DNA of 64,000 nucleotides from Christensenella sp. UBA6345 (GCA_002437945.1 DJSB01000030.1:22390-86389), one strand, 5' to 3'; numbered from the stretch's first letter, positions 17,825 to 29,958 are shown. Program-made: numbers and translations. The notes: generated by a model from the letters alone, not told the origin.

Positions 17825-19266
17825 CTCTTTTTACCCCTACTATTTTTGTTATTATAGTCCTGTCTTTGATAAGCATTGGTTCTAGTATTTTTACTAGTTC
17901 TAGAATTTTTGCCAAAGTCATCTTTATAAGAATTTTTATTATACGAATTATTGTTAGATGTTCGAGAATATCTGGAGTTTTTATCATAGTTATTAGATTG
18001 ATAATCACTAGATTTTTTATTTAAGCCATTACGTTGATTACGTTCAAAAGAAGATTTTTCATTAAATTTATTACCGCTATTTCTATTATTTTTTGAACGT
18101 GAATTTAAGTTATTATTATAACTTCTAGTGTGACTTGATTTAGGTCGATTAATAGATTTTTTAGTATTATGCAAAGTATCAATATCTGCCTTAATTAACT
18201 CATTATCACTAGATGGCATAGTACTATCTATTTCGCCATTGATTTCCTTATTACGTAACTGTCCACAAGCACCATCAATATCATCACCTAGACTTCTTCT
18301 CACTGTCGCACTAATACCATTCTTTAATAACTCACGCAAGAAAGAATTGGTCTTATTATCAGTAACACCTTTTAGTCCACGTTCCTTAACTTCATTTAAG
18401 GAAATTAAATTAACACGGCAGTCTAAATTACGTAACAAATATGCTAATTCTTGAGCATTCTGGATAGAACTATTAACACCATCAATCAAAGTATATTCGA
18501 TATAAATCATACGATTGGTTATTGTGTGATAATAGTTGGCTGCTTCAATAACACTTTCTATAGAAAAACTTTTTGCTACTGGCATAATGCTACGTCTAAT
18601 CTCATCATTAGGAGCATGCAAAGAAATAGCCAAATTAATACTTAAACCAATATCGGCTAATTTTTCTATCTTACTAGGGATACCACAAGTAGAAAGTGTA
18701 ATATTACGTACACTAAAATTAAACCCATCTTCACTTGTAACTAGTCTTAAAAATTTAACAACATTGTCAAAATTATCTAGTGGTTCACCAGAACCCATAA
18801 GTACTAAATTGGTAATTTCTCTGTTACTAACACTACCCTTTAAATATGCGTTAACGGCTACTATCTGTCCCAATATTTCTCCAGCCGTAAGGTTACGAAC
18901 AAAGTTAAGACCACTTGCACAGAATGAGCAGTTCATCTTGCAACCAACCTGAGTACTAATGCATAGTGTACGGCCATAGACATGAGACATTAATACACCT
19001 TCTATGATATTATCATCGTTAAGTTTATATAAAAATTTAATAGTCTTATCTTTTGACTTAAAAACTTTATAAATCTTAACACTCTGCATATCAAATCCAA
19101 GTGTTTGCAATTTTTCAAGCAAAGACTGTGGTAATACAGTATTTTGTCCGTAGTTTTTACCATTAAGTATAGCGTTATTAAGTTGTTTTGCTCTATATTT
19201 AGGCTCGCCTAAATTTTCAATTATTTTTGTAAGTTCGTTAATATCGTAATCTAATAAATTATTCAT
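17818..19266 (-). CDS. rlmN: 23S rRNA/tRNA (adenine-C2)-methyltransferase RlmN with a 141-aa low-complexity C-terminal tail
   Basis: 482 aa. Radical-SAM CKMNCSFCASG and C-terminal core motif GACGQL, then an N/S/K/R-rich tail. Confidence 0.9.
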   Translation of the reverse strand: MNNLLDYDINELTKIIENLGEPKYRAKQLNNAILNGKNYGQNTVLPQSLLEKLQTLGFDMQSVKIYKVFKSKDKTIKFLYKLNDDNIIEGVLMSHVYGRTLCISTQVGCKMNCSFCASGLNFVRNLTAGEILGQIVAVNAYLKGSVSNREITNLVLMGSGEPLDNFDNVVKFLRLVTSEDGFNFSVRNITLSTCGIPSKIEKLADIGLSINLAISLHAPNDEIRRSIMPVAKSFSIESVIEAANYYHTITNRMIYIEYTLIDGVNSSIQNAQELAYLLRNLDCRVNLISLNEVKERGLKGVTDNKTNSFLRELLKNGISATVRRSLGDDIDGACGQLRNKEINGEIDSTMPSSDNELIKADIDTLHNTKKSINRPKSSHTRSYNNNLNSRSKNNRNSGNKFNEKSSFERNQRNGLNKKSSDYQSNNYDKNSRYSRTSNNNSYNKNSYKDDFGKNSRTSKNTRTNAYQRQDYNNKNSRGKKRF

Positions 19267-20536
19267 ATCTTTCTAATTTCCCTATAAAAAATCCTTCTGT
19301 ATGGCTGATATGTGGGTAAAAAGTTTTTAGTCCACATTCATCTTTTGATGGCACTTTAAAAGTATCTACGCAAGTAATCTTATAATTATGATGGCTATTA
19401 AGAAAGCCATTAATTATATTTTCATTTTCTTGTGGCAATATGGTACAAGTGCTATATACTATACTTCCACCTATTTTAACATATTTTGATGCTATATCCA
19501 GTATTTTTGCCTGAATTTTTGGTAGTTCTTCAAACTTTAATTGGTTGTTAAGTAATAAATCAGGCTTTTTATCAACTACACCTAATCCCGAGCAAGGAAC
19601 ATCTAAAATAACACAATCAAACATATTTTCAAACTGTGGATTAAATATTGTAGCATCATTAAGTAATGTGGTCACATTATCAATATTTAATCTATTTTTA
19701 TATTCATTAATAAGTTGTAAACGATGTTCGTAAATATCACAAGCAATAACTTCACAACTAGGATTAAGTGTGGCAGTATAAATGGCTTTACCACCCGGCG
19801 CAGAACATAAATCCAATACTTTATTACCTTTAACATTTCTAGCGACAATCATGCTAGGAATCCCCTGCGCTGTATACAAATTATTTAATTGTTTTTGTCT
19901 AACCAAACTTGAATAATCGACATATAAAGCATCTTCAAAAATTGATGGTTTATATTGTATGCCCAACTCGTCTAATTTTTGTATAAACTCTTTAACATCT
20001 ACAAGTCTAGTATTAACTCTAATATGAGTATCAGTAGTTAATTCACAACTTAACAAACTAACTACAAAACCATAATCAAAGTTATTAAGTAAAAGGTTTA
20101 TATACCACTCTGGTTTTGAAAATTTAATCGATAAAAATTGAGTTTTGTTATTAATATCAGGCAAAGAAAATGGTGTAATAACAACTTTTTTAAGCACTGC
20201 ATTAATAAATGATTTATATGGACGCATATAAGTACGCTTTGACAATTCGACAAGTTCGTTAACCATAGCAAAATCTGGTATGCTATCAACATTAAAATGC
20301 ACATATGCACCCATCTTTAATAGCAATAAAACATCTTTTTTAGGCGATTTTTTATAAAATTGACTTAAATAATAGTTTAATTGGATATCTTGGTCAATAA
20401 CGCCATAAACAATCTTTGTAACAAGATTAAAATTAATGTCATTAGTGCTATGTTTATTAAGTTCGATAGAAGCATACGCTTTTTTAAAATAAACTTTATT
20501 TAAAACTTGGTATGCTAAATCAAGTTCTTTATTCAT
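19259..20536 (-). CDS. rsmB: 16S rRNA (cytosine967-C5)-methyltransferase
   Basis: 425 aa. NusB-like N-terminus, DLCSAPGGK and DVPCSGLGV motifs. Position between fmt and rlmN is conserved. Confidence 0.88.
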   Translation of the reverse strand: MNKELDLAYQVLNKVYFKKAYASIELNKHSTNDINFNLVTKIVYGVIDQDIQLNYYLSQFYKKSPKKDVLLLLKMGAYVHFNVDSIPDFAMVNELVELSKRTYMRPYKSFINAVLKKVVITPFSLPDINNKTQFLSIKFSKPEWYINLLLNNFDYGFVVSLLSCELTTDTHIRVNTRLVDVKEFIQKLDELGIQYKPSIFEDALYVDYSSLVRQKQLNNLYTAQGIPSMIVARNVKGNKVLDLCSAPGGKAIYTATLNPSCEVIACDIYEHRLQLINEYKNRLNIDNVTTLLNDATIFNPQFENMFDCVILDVPCSGLGVVDKKPDLLLNNQLKFEELPKIQAKILDIASKYVKIGGSIVYSTCTILPQENENIINGFLNSHHNYKITCVDTFKVPSKDECGLKTFYPHISHTEGFFIGKLERYE

Positions 20537-21473
20537 TAACTATTTGTCCAACCCTTATATGTTTACCATTAAGTAAACTTTTTGCATTCATAACTTTACC
20601 ATTTTCGGCTTGAATTTCGGTAATTTCCACAAAGCCATCGTTGGCTTTAATAACTAAACCAGATTTTGGACTAGCAAGTACAACTTCGCCAGTTTTGTAA
20701 TTATCTACCATCAAGTCGTTATTATTATAAACTATAGCCTTATATACCTTAAATCTGCCTTCTTCTAGTTTCATTTCGGCTACCGGCCATGGATTAAGAC
20801 CCAATATAAATTGTTTAACCAAATATGCTGAATTGTCAAAATTAAGAGTACAATTCTCTTTTTTAAGCATTTTACATACAGTGGCTAAAGAATGGTCTTG
20901 TGGTGTATAAGTAATAGTACCATCTTCAAGTTGTTGTAAGGCTTCCATAAGACAATCAGCACCAATTACTGCTAGTCTATCAAACAACTCACCCGCTGTT
21001 TCTTCAGGCATAATATCTACTTCATGTTTAAGAATAATATCGCCATCGTCCATACCTACATCACTACGTAGTATTGTAATACCAGTAGTTTTTTCGCCAT
21101 TAATAACAGCCCATTGAATAGGTGCTGCTCCTCTATATTTAGGCAATAAACTTCCATGAACATTAAATACACCATAAGTTGAAGCGTCCAAAATTTCTTT
21201 ACTTAATATCTGTCCATAAGCGGCAGTTACAAATAAATCAGCCTTAAGTCCTACAAGTTCTTCTACCCCGTCACGTCTTATTTTTTCATATTGGTATACA
21301 GGAATATTATATTTAAGTGCCAATTGTTTAACAGGACTAAACACAATACGTCCATTACGTCCTACTGGTCTGTCTGGTTGAGTGACAACACCTATAACTT
21401 CGTGGTGACTATCTATAAGTTTTTGTAATGTTGGGATTGAAAAATCTGGTGTTCCAAAAAATACTATTTTCAT
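20529..21473 (-). CDS. fmt: methionyl-tRNA formyltransferase
   Basis: 314 aa. MKIVFFGTPDFS, NVHGSLLPKYRGAAPIQ. Confidence 0.93.
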   Translation of the reverse strand: MKIVFFGTPDFSIPTLQKLIDSHHEVIGVVTQPDRPVGRNGRIVFSPVKQLALKYNIPVYQYEKIRRDGVEELVGLKADLFVTAAYGQILSKEILDASTYGVFNVHGSLLPKYRGAAPIQWAVINGEKTTGITILRSDVGMDDGDIILKHEVDIMPEETAGELFDRLAVIGADCLMEALQQLEDGTITYTPQDHSLATVCKMLKKENCTLNFDNSAYLVKQFILGLNPWPVAEMKLEEGRFKVYKAIVYNNNDLMVDNYKTGEVVLASPKSGLVIKANDGFVEITEIQAENGKVMNAKSLLNGKHIRVGQIVNE

Positions 21474-21949
21474 TATTTACTCTCTTTTTTCTCTTTTTTA
21501 GGTTTGTAATCTTTTTCCATCTTATCTATAAACAATATACCTTTAGTATGGTCAATCTCATGACACAATGCTGTAGCCAAATATCCAGTACCAGTAATAA
21601 CAAATTCGTTACCATATCTGTCACATGCTTTAACTGTAACTTGTTCGGGACGTTTAACGTAACCAGTAATATTTTTAACACTTAAACAGCCTTCAACTTC
21701 ACATTGTTCGCCTACTGTCTCCAAAATTTCTGGATTAACAAGTTCGATAAATGCGTTGTTAATCTCGACAATAACGACTCTTTTAAGCACTCCTACTTGT
21801 ACGGCAGCAAGTCCACAACCATTGAACTTATGCATAGTCTCTTTCATATCATCTAAAAGTTCCCATAAACTCTCATTAAAATTGTTAACAGGTTTACTTA
21901 TTTTTCTTATAAATTCATTATCACTATAAACTATATTACGTATAGCCAT
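21473..21949 (-). CDS. def: peptide deformylase
   Basis: 158 aa. GLAAVQVG, EGCLS, HEIDH metal-binding motifs. Confidence 0.93.
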   Translation of the reverse strand: MAIRNIVYSDNEFIRKISKPVNNFNESLWELLDDMKETMHKFNGCGLAAVQVGVLKRVVIVEINNAFIELVNPEILETVGEQCEVEGCLSVKNITGYVKRPEQVTVKACDRYGNEFVITGTGYLATALCHEIDHTKGILFIDKMEKDYKPKKEKKESK

Positions 21950-21973
21950 ATTATCTCCTTTTTTATTAAAATT

Positions 21974-24160
21974 CTAATCCAAACTTTGCGGATTAATTTC
22001 TGTAAATATTGTTGCTTTATTAGTAATAACATTAGAAATATCAAATATTTTCTTTATTATTTCTTTATTATCTTTTATTCGCATTAACACTTGATAACGG
22101 TACTTATTTTTAATTTTTGAATGCGGAGAACGCATTGCTTCTAAAAAATAAAATTGGTCTTTATTATCAATACGAAGTTGTTTATATTTTAAAAACATAT
22201 CATGAGTAAGGTTCTTGGCATCTTCATCATTATCGGAAGTAATTAATATACGAACAATTTTTGAAAATGGTGGGAATGATGCTGTTTCTCGCAGATTAAT
22301 TTCTTTATTATAGAACCTTATATAATCATAATTGGCACAGAAATTATAGACATAATGTTTAGGGAAAAATGTCTGTAATACTACATGTCCAACTCTATCT
22401 GCTCTACCCGCTCTACCTGCGACTTGTGTAACCAATTGGAAAGTTTTTTCATTGGCTCTAAAATCCGAATAGTACAAACTTAAATCTGCATCAAGTATAC
22501 CTACTAAAGTTACTAGCGGAAAGTCATGTCCTTTAGCGATCATTTGCGTCCCAACTAAAATAGCAGGACGTGTATTTTCAAATTCCTTTAAAATACGTGC
22601 ATGTGAGTTTTTTGATGTTGTCGTGTCGTTATCCATACGAAAAACTTTAGTATTAGGGAAAAGTTGACTTAATTGAGATTCGATACGTTCGGTACCAGTG
22701 TTACCAAGTTTAATAGTATCTTTATGACAGTTGGGACATACAGTAAGTGGTTTAAACTTTTTGCCACAGTAATGACATTTAAGCAAGTTGTCTTCCTTAT
22801 GATATACCAAAGATATATCACAATCTGTACATTTGGCTATATAGCCACATTCACGGCACATCTGAAAACTTGAAAATCCACGGCGATTAAGAAACAACAT
22901 AATTTGTTCGCCATTATTAATCGCTTTACTCATATCATTAAGCAACTGCCCAGAAAACATAGTCTTATTGCCACTTCTAAATTCACTACACATATCTACT
23001 ATATCCATCTTTGGCAATGGCATATTGTTAATACGTTGGTCTAAAGTAATAAGATTGTACTCTCCGATTTGTGCTTTATAAAATGATTCAATAGTAGGAG
23101 TTGCACTACCTAATACTAACGGACAATTGTTGTATTTTGCTCTAATTTTGGCAACTGTAATAGTTTCAAAACGTGGATTATTATCAGACTGATATGAAGA
23201 ATCATGTTCTTCATCAATAATTATAGCACCAACATTAGTAATCGGTGCAAATATCGCACTTCTAGCACCAACCGCTATTGTTGCTTCTCCCGTATAAAGT
23301 CGATACCATTCATCAAATTTTTCACCATCAGAAAGTCCAGAATGCAACACTGCGACTTTATCACCAAATCTAGATCTAAATTGTTTAACAGTTTTTGGTG
23401 TTAAAGATATTTCGGGTACTAACATTATTGCTGTCTTACCCATTTTTAGTGCATAATTAATAACTTGCATATAAACTTCAGTTTTGCCACTTCCTGTTAC
23501 ACCAAACAATAAGTTAAATAAATTCTTGTTATTAATAATACTATCAACAGCATTTTTTTGTTTATCAGTTAATGTAAATGCAACACTAGTTGCAATATCT
23601 TCACTAAAAGGATTACGATTTTTACCAACAATATCAAAAGCAATATAGCCTTTTTCAATAAGTTTTGTTATGGTAGCATTACCAAATTTCTTATTAAGAA
23701 TAACAATATCTTCTTTAATCTTTGTTTTTAAATATGCACAAGCCAAAATCTGATTCTTTGAATTAGGTTTAATTAAATCTAAATGTCCTAAACCATATTC
23801 GGTTAAATAGCACATTTTTGTGCTTTGTGGTTTAATCTTGCCATTACGTATTTGGGCTGGAATGATAAGATGAATAATATCTATTAATCTTAAATTGTAT
23901 GTTTCGACTAACTTATCAATTACTTGAAACATTTCTGTAGTAATTAATGGGTTATCATCTAGTGGTTTAATAATATCTTTTACAAGGTTTACGTCATAAT
24001 TTGTGGTATCTTTAAGTTTAAGTACATATCCTTCTAAACTACGTTTACCGAAAGGTACTAAAACTCTATGCCCTACTTTAACATTATCATCGGGGCATCT
24101 ATAATCAAATATTTTGTCCAGCAAATCCGCTGATACATCTACAACCACTTCTGCGTACAT
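21974..24160 (-). CDS. priA: primosomal protein N' (replication restart helicase PriA)
   Basis: 728 aa. Walker A GVTGSGKTEVY, DEEHD, and a Cys-rich zinc insertion CRECGY...CTDC...CHYC...CPNC. Confidence 0.92.
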   Translation of the reverse strand: MYAEVVVDVSADLLDKIFDYRCPDDNVKVGHRVLVPFGKRSLEGYVLKLKDTTNYDVNLVKDIIKPLDDNPLITTEMFQVIDKLVETYNLRLIDIIHLIIPAQIRNGKIKPQSTKMCYLTEYGLGHLDLIKPNSKNQILACAYLKTKIKEDIVILNKKFGNATITKLIEKGYIAFDIVGKNRNPFSEDIATSVAFTLTDKQKNAVDSIINNKNLFNLLFGVTGSGKTEVYMQVINYALKMGKTAIMLVPEISLTPKTVKQFRSRFGDKVAVLHSGLSDGEKFDEWYRLYTGEATIAVGARSAIFAPITNVGAIIIDEEHDSSYQSDNNPRFETITVAKIRAKYNNCPLVLGSATPTIESFYKAQIGEYNLITLDQRINNMPLPKMDIVDMCSEFRSGNKTMFSGQLLNDMSKAINNGEQIMLFLNRRGFSSFQMCRECGYIAKCTDCDISLVYHKEDNLLKCHYCGKKFKPLTVCPNCHKDTIKLGNTGTERIESQLSQLFPNTKVFRMDNDTTTSKNSHARILKEFENTRPAILVGTQMIAKGHDFPLVTLVGILDADLSLYYSDFRANEKTFQLVTQVAGRAGRADRVGHVVLQTFFPKHYVYNFCANYDYIRFYNKEINLRETASFPPFSKIVRILITSDNDEDAKNLTHDMFLKYKQLRIDNKDQFYFLEAMRSPHSKIKNKYRYQVLMRIKDNKEIIKKIFDISNVITNKATIFTEINPQSLD

Positions 24161-24235
24161 AATACAACCTTTAAATAACTAGAATCATTAAACCAATGTA
24201 AAATAATAAAATATTAATTAAAAATAAATACAAAG

Positions 24236-24269
24236 AAAAATTCTATTGCTAGAAATAGAAGCAATAGAA
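24236..24269 (-). terminator. terminator directly after rpoZ
   Basis: Stem TTCTATTGC / GCAATAGAA, followed on the minus-strand RNA by TTTTTCTTTG. Confidence 0.65.
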
Positions 24270-24270
24270 T

Positions 24271-24456
24271 TTACTTTGAAATTATTTTTCCGTTATAAAC
24301 CTCATTGACAGCACGTGTAACTTCTGGAATTTCTTCTCTTTCTGTTTCAGTTAGAGTTTGTTGAAGTGTTTTTGCACGTTTACTTACCATAACTGCAAGT
24401 TTATATGGGTTACCAACTTTAGCAATAAGTTGATCAATAGGTGGTTCTAATAACAT
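24271..24456 (-). CDS. rpoZ: DNA-directed RNA polymerase subunit omega
   Basis: 61 aa. MLLEPPIDQLIAKVGNPYKLAVMVSKRAK. Lies upstream of priA, as in Bacillus. Confidence 0.88.
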   Translation of the reverse strand: MLLEPPIDQLIAKVGNPYKLAVMVSKRAKTLQQTLTETEREEIPEVTRAVNEVYNGKIISK

Positions 24457-24631
24457 AACATTGCCTCTTTATATATATTTAATACTTATATAGTATAGCA
24501 ATATTATGTTTATAAATAAAGTACTTTTATAAATTTTTTTAATATTTTTATTAAAAAATCAAATTATACTTAAAAATAATCTCTAAATTTAATCGAAAAT
24601 TTTGAAAAATTAAATTAAAAATGCAGTAGAA

Positions 24632-26623
<1,992 letters not shown>

Positions 26624-26689
26624 TCATTATAAAATTAATTTATTGTTATACTTTAATAACTTTATTTGGTTATACATTTATAATTATTT

Positions 26690-29014
26690 TTATTTCTTTT
26701 TTAATATTTGAAGTGGTGCAATTGATAACGACATAGTCTTGTTACCAAATTTTCCAAAATCAACTGTAACATCTGGCGAATTGCTAGATATATTACTTTT
26801 TATAATTGTTCCTATACCAAATTTAGGGTGCAATACTTGAGTACCAACTGTATAATTGTCGTAATTTGATTTTTGATTGGTTATTTTTTTAACCATTAAA
26901 TCTTGTAAATTAGTTGACACTTTTTCGCTTGTGTCTTGTGCATAATTATACATACTTTCTGTATTATTATTAGTTTGTTTATATTGACTATATGAATTAG
27001 AATTATATGAAGATTGATAATTATTATACTTTTTACTATACGAATAATTATCGTTATAATTGGATCCGCTATAACTACGATTGTACTCCCCGCTATAATT
27101 ATTACCAAATCTATTAATTTCAGTATTAACTCTTTTTGGCTCTAGATCCATTTCCTTAATAAATCTAGATGGTGTTGTATAACTTCTATCATGATATAAA
27201 TATCTTGACTTGGCATTAGTAATATATACTTGTTTTTTTGCTCTAGTAACTGCAACATACATTAGTCTACGCTCTTCTTCAATTTCGTCATTATTGTCCA
27301 TGGCTCTAGAAACCGGAAACAATCCTTCTTCTGCTCCCATAATATATACATAGTCAAATTCAAGCCCTTTGGCAGCATGAATGGTACTAACACTTATCGA
27401 GTTATTATCATCATCTGTCTCGATACTATTTTGTAAAGTAATACTTTCTAGATAGTCAGAAAGTTCACAATTAGGATTCTGATTTTCAAAAGATTTAATA
27501 GACTGCATTAATTGAGAAATATTAAGTAATCTATCATTGTCTTCATCATCTTGTTTGTTATATGCACCATAAATTTCTGCATTTTTAATTATCTTATCAC
27601 AATAATTAAACATACCACTTTTTACATCTGGTAGATTGTCATATACGTACTTCAATGTACTTAATTTATCTCGTAAAGATTTAGGGAGTTCGTATTGTTC
27701 GTTAAGTACAACATCAAGCATACTTACACCATTCTGTTTTGCTATACTCTCTATTTTTTCAATACTTACGCTACCAATTCCACGTTTAGGGAAATTAATA
27801 ATACGTTTTAAACTCTCATTATCTTTAGGATTAACAGTTAAACGTAGGTATGCAAGAACATTCTTTATTTCCGCTCTTTCAAAAAACTTAAATATTCCTG
27901 ATACAACATAAGGTAAATTATAACTTAATAATTTTTCTTCAATAAGTCTACTTATTGCACTTAATCTAAATAATATCGCTATTTGATTAGGATTAACACC
28001 ACGATTAATTAAGTTATATATCGAACCCGAAACATATTCGGCTTCTTTAGTTTCATCATATGCAGAAAAATATACAGGTTTTTCCCCTTCATCATTTTCT
28101 GTCCACAAAACTTTTTCTATACGAGATGTGTTATTTTTAATAAGTTTGTTGGCTATATTTAGTATATTTTTAGTACTTCTATAATTTCGTTCAAGTTTGT
28201 AACACTTAACATTATTGAAATCTTGTCTAAAGTTCATAATATTTTCAATATTAGCACCACGCCAACCATAAATACATTGGTCTTCATCACCAACAACAAA
28301 AATATTTTGGTGTAAGCCCGCAAGCATTTTTGCTATCTTATACTGTACCAAGTTGGTATCTTGAAACTCATCTATATGAATATACTTAAATCTCTCTTGG
28401 TATCTCTTAAGAATATCAGGACAAGTTTTGAATAGTTCTAGTGTTTTTACTAGTAAGTCATCAAAATCAAGAGCATTGTTATTTTTTAATTCATTTTGAT
28501 ATGCACTATAAACTTTTTTAACTTCAACGGCATCACTTTTAAATTCGGTAATCTGGTAATATTCGTCTGGGTCAACTCCTAGGTTTTTTGCCCTATCAAT
28601 TTCACAAGCAAAATCTTTAACTTTGTCACTTTCGAAGCCAAAATCTGTAACTATTTTTTTAAGTAATTTGTCTTTATCGGTAGTGTCATATATAGTAAAA
28701 AATCTATTAAAACCATCTAAAGCGGATATATTTTCTCTTAATATCCTAGCACACATACTATGAAAAGTAGAAATCCATAAATTTTCTGCACTAGGGCAAA
28801 ATTTAAGTATTCTTTCACGCATTTCATTGGTTGCTTTATTAGTAAATGTGATAGCCAAAATGTTGTATGGATCTACACCACATTCCTTAATTAAATGACT
28901 GATTCGTTCAGTTAACAATCTAGTTTTTCCACTACCAGCACCCGCTGTAACAAGTATAGCACCATCTGTATCCATTGCAGGTTTAATCTGTTCTTCATTA
29001 AGTGAATCAAGCAT
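26690..29014 (-). CDS. pcrA: ATP-dependent DNA helicase PcrA (UvrD family) with an N/Y/S-rich linker
   Basis: 774 aa. Walker A AGAGSGKT, DEFQDTN, VGDEDQCIY, TIHAAKGLEF. C-terminal HPKFGIGTI Tudor-like domain. Upstream of ligA, as in Bacilli. Confidence 0.92.
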   Translation of the reverse strand: MLDSLNEEQIKPAMDTDGAILVTAGAGSGKTRLLTERISHLIKECGVDPYNILAITFTNKATNEMRERILKFCPSAENLWISTFHSMCARILRENISALDGFNRFFTIYDTTDKDKLLKKIVTDFGFESDKVKDFACEIDRAKNLGVDPDEYYQITEFKSDAVEVKKVYSAYQNELKNNNALDFDDLLVKTLELFKTCPDILKRYQERFKYIHIDEFQDTNLVQYKIAKMLAGLHQNIFVVGDEDQCIYGWRGANIENIMNFRQDFNNVKCYKLERNYRSTKNILNIANKLIKNNTSRIEKVLWTENDEGEKPVYFSAYDETKEAEYVSGSIYNLINRGVNPNQIAILFRLSAISRLIEEKLLSYNLPYVVSGIFKFFERAEIKNVLAYLRLTVNPKDNESLKRIINFPKRGIGSVSIEKIESIAKQNGVSMLDVVLNEQYELPKSLRDKLSTLKYVYDNLPDVKSGMFNYCDKIIKNAEIYGAYNKQDDEDNDRLLNISQLMQSIKSFENQNPNCELSDYLESITLQNSIETDDDNNSISVSTIHAAKGLEFDYVYIMGAEEGLFPVSRAMDNNDEIEEERRLMYVAVTRAKKQVYITNAKSRYLYHDRSYTTPSRFIKEMDLEPKRVNTEINRFGNNYSGEYNRSYSGSNYNDNYSYSKKYNNYQSSYNSNSYSQYKQTNNNTESMYNYAQDTSEKVSTNLQDLMVKKITNQKSNYDNYTVGTQVLHPKFGIGTIIKSNISSNSPDVTVDFGKFGNKTMSLSIAPLQILKKK

Positions 29015-29123
29015 AAAAAAACTCCAAAATTTATAATCAATAGATTATAACAAATTTGGAATTTTTAATCAATTTATATATATGTTAATAAGATACAAAA
29101 TACTATATTTTATTAAATACTTA

Positions 29124-29507
29124 TTAACCAATTTTTGATAAAGACTGCTGATACTCCGTTTTGATTTTATTGTACTTATCAACTATATTAAGTATATAAA
29201 ATTGTTTTTCAATATCACTTAATTGTGTATAAGTATCCTGATCTACTAGTCTACCAATAGGATTGTATATTTCTATAGGACTATTAAGTATTTTGTATAC
29301 TTTATCATAGAATTCTTCTTCAATCTCGTTGGTGATACATTTAAATTCAGCCTGTCCATTTAATTTCTTTAATGATTCAAGATTTTTAATAAAATAACTA
29401 TTCACATTCATTGCATTTTTTGCTTTTATTTTTTCTGCATTTGTGTATAAACCACGTTTTAAGCGTTCTTTGGCAATACTAGCCATACTTTTTAAATTAT
29501 TACTCAT
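29124..29507 (-). CDS. hypothetical protein (127 aa)
   Basis: Long open frame downstream of rpsU. Helical and charged. No motif recognised. Confidence 0.5.
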   Translation of the reverse strand: MSNNLKSMASIAKERLKRGLYTNAEKIKAKNAMNVNSYFIKNLESLKKLNGQAEFKCITNEIEEEFYDKVYKILNSPIEIYNPIGRLVDQDTYTQLSDIEKQFYILNIVDKYNKIKTEYQQSLSKIG

Positions 29508-29654
29508 AAAACTTTTAACTCCTTGTAATTTCTACACCATTGTAAACTCATAATTGAAAAAATTAAAGCAATTTTTACAGCAAAAGTTATAAACTACATA
29601 ACTAGTTAAAATTCGTTTTATTTAGACAAAAATCGCAAGAAATTAATTGAAGAA

Positions 29655-29681
29655 ATAAAAAAACAAGGATATAAAATCCTT
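29655..29681 (-). terminator. terminator after rpsU
   Basis: Stem CAAGGAT / ATCCTTG, loop ATAAA. A T-run follows on the minus-strand RNA. Confidence 0.7.
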
Positions 29682-29692
29682 GTTAAAAACTA

Positions 29693-29881
29693 CTATACTC
29701 TATTGTTTTTCTTGTTACGTTTGATAGCGGCTTTAGTTTTCTTTTTACGTTTTACGCTTGGTTTTTCGTATGCTTCATGTTTACGAAGATCGCCAATAAT
29801 ACCATCTTTTTGGCATTTACGTTTAAAACGTTTAATAGCGCTTTCAACATTTTCGTTTTCACCAACTCTAACTGTTGACAT
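29693..29881 (-). CDS. rpsU: 30S ribosomal protein S21
   Basis: 62 aa. [25 protein letters not shown]...[11 protein letters not shown]. Confidence 0.92.
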   Translation of the reverse strand: MSTVRVGENENVESAIKRFKRKCQKDGIIGDLRKHEAYEKPSVKRKKKTKAAIKRNKKNNRV

Positions 29882-29915
29882 TAATTATTCACCCACTTAT
29901 AATAAATTCTTAAAT

Positions 29916-29944
29916 ATAATACCTATATAAAGACAAAATGTCAA
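29916..29944 (-). promoter_or_regulatory. sigma-A-type promoter of rpsU
   Basis: Minus strand reads TTGACA, a 17-nt spacer, then TATTAT. Confidence 0.65.
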
Positions 29945-29958
29945 GAGAAAATTGTATT

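Noticed and set aside
17772-18008. 78-aa alternative-frame ORF inside the rlmN tail / rsgA start region
   Set aside because: It is a second open frame in low-complexity DNA. It has no start signals and overlaps two real genes.
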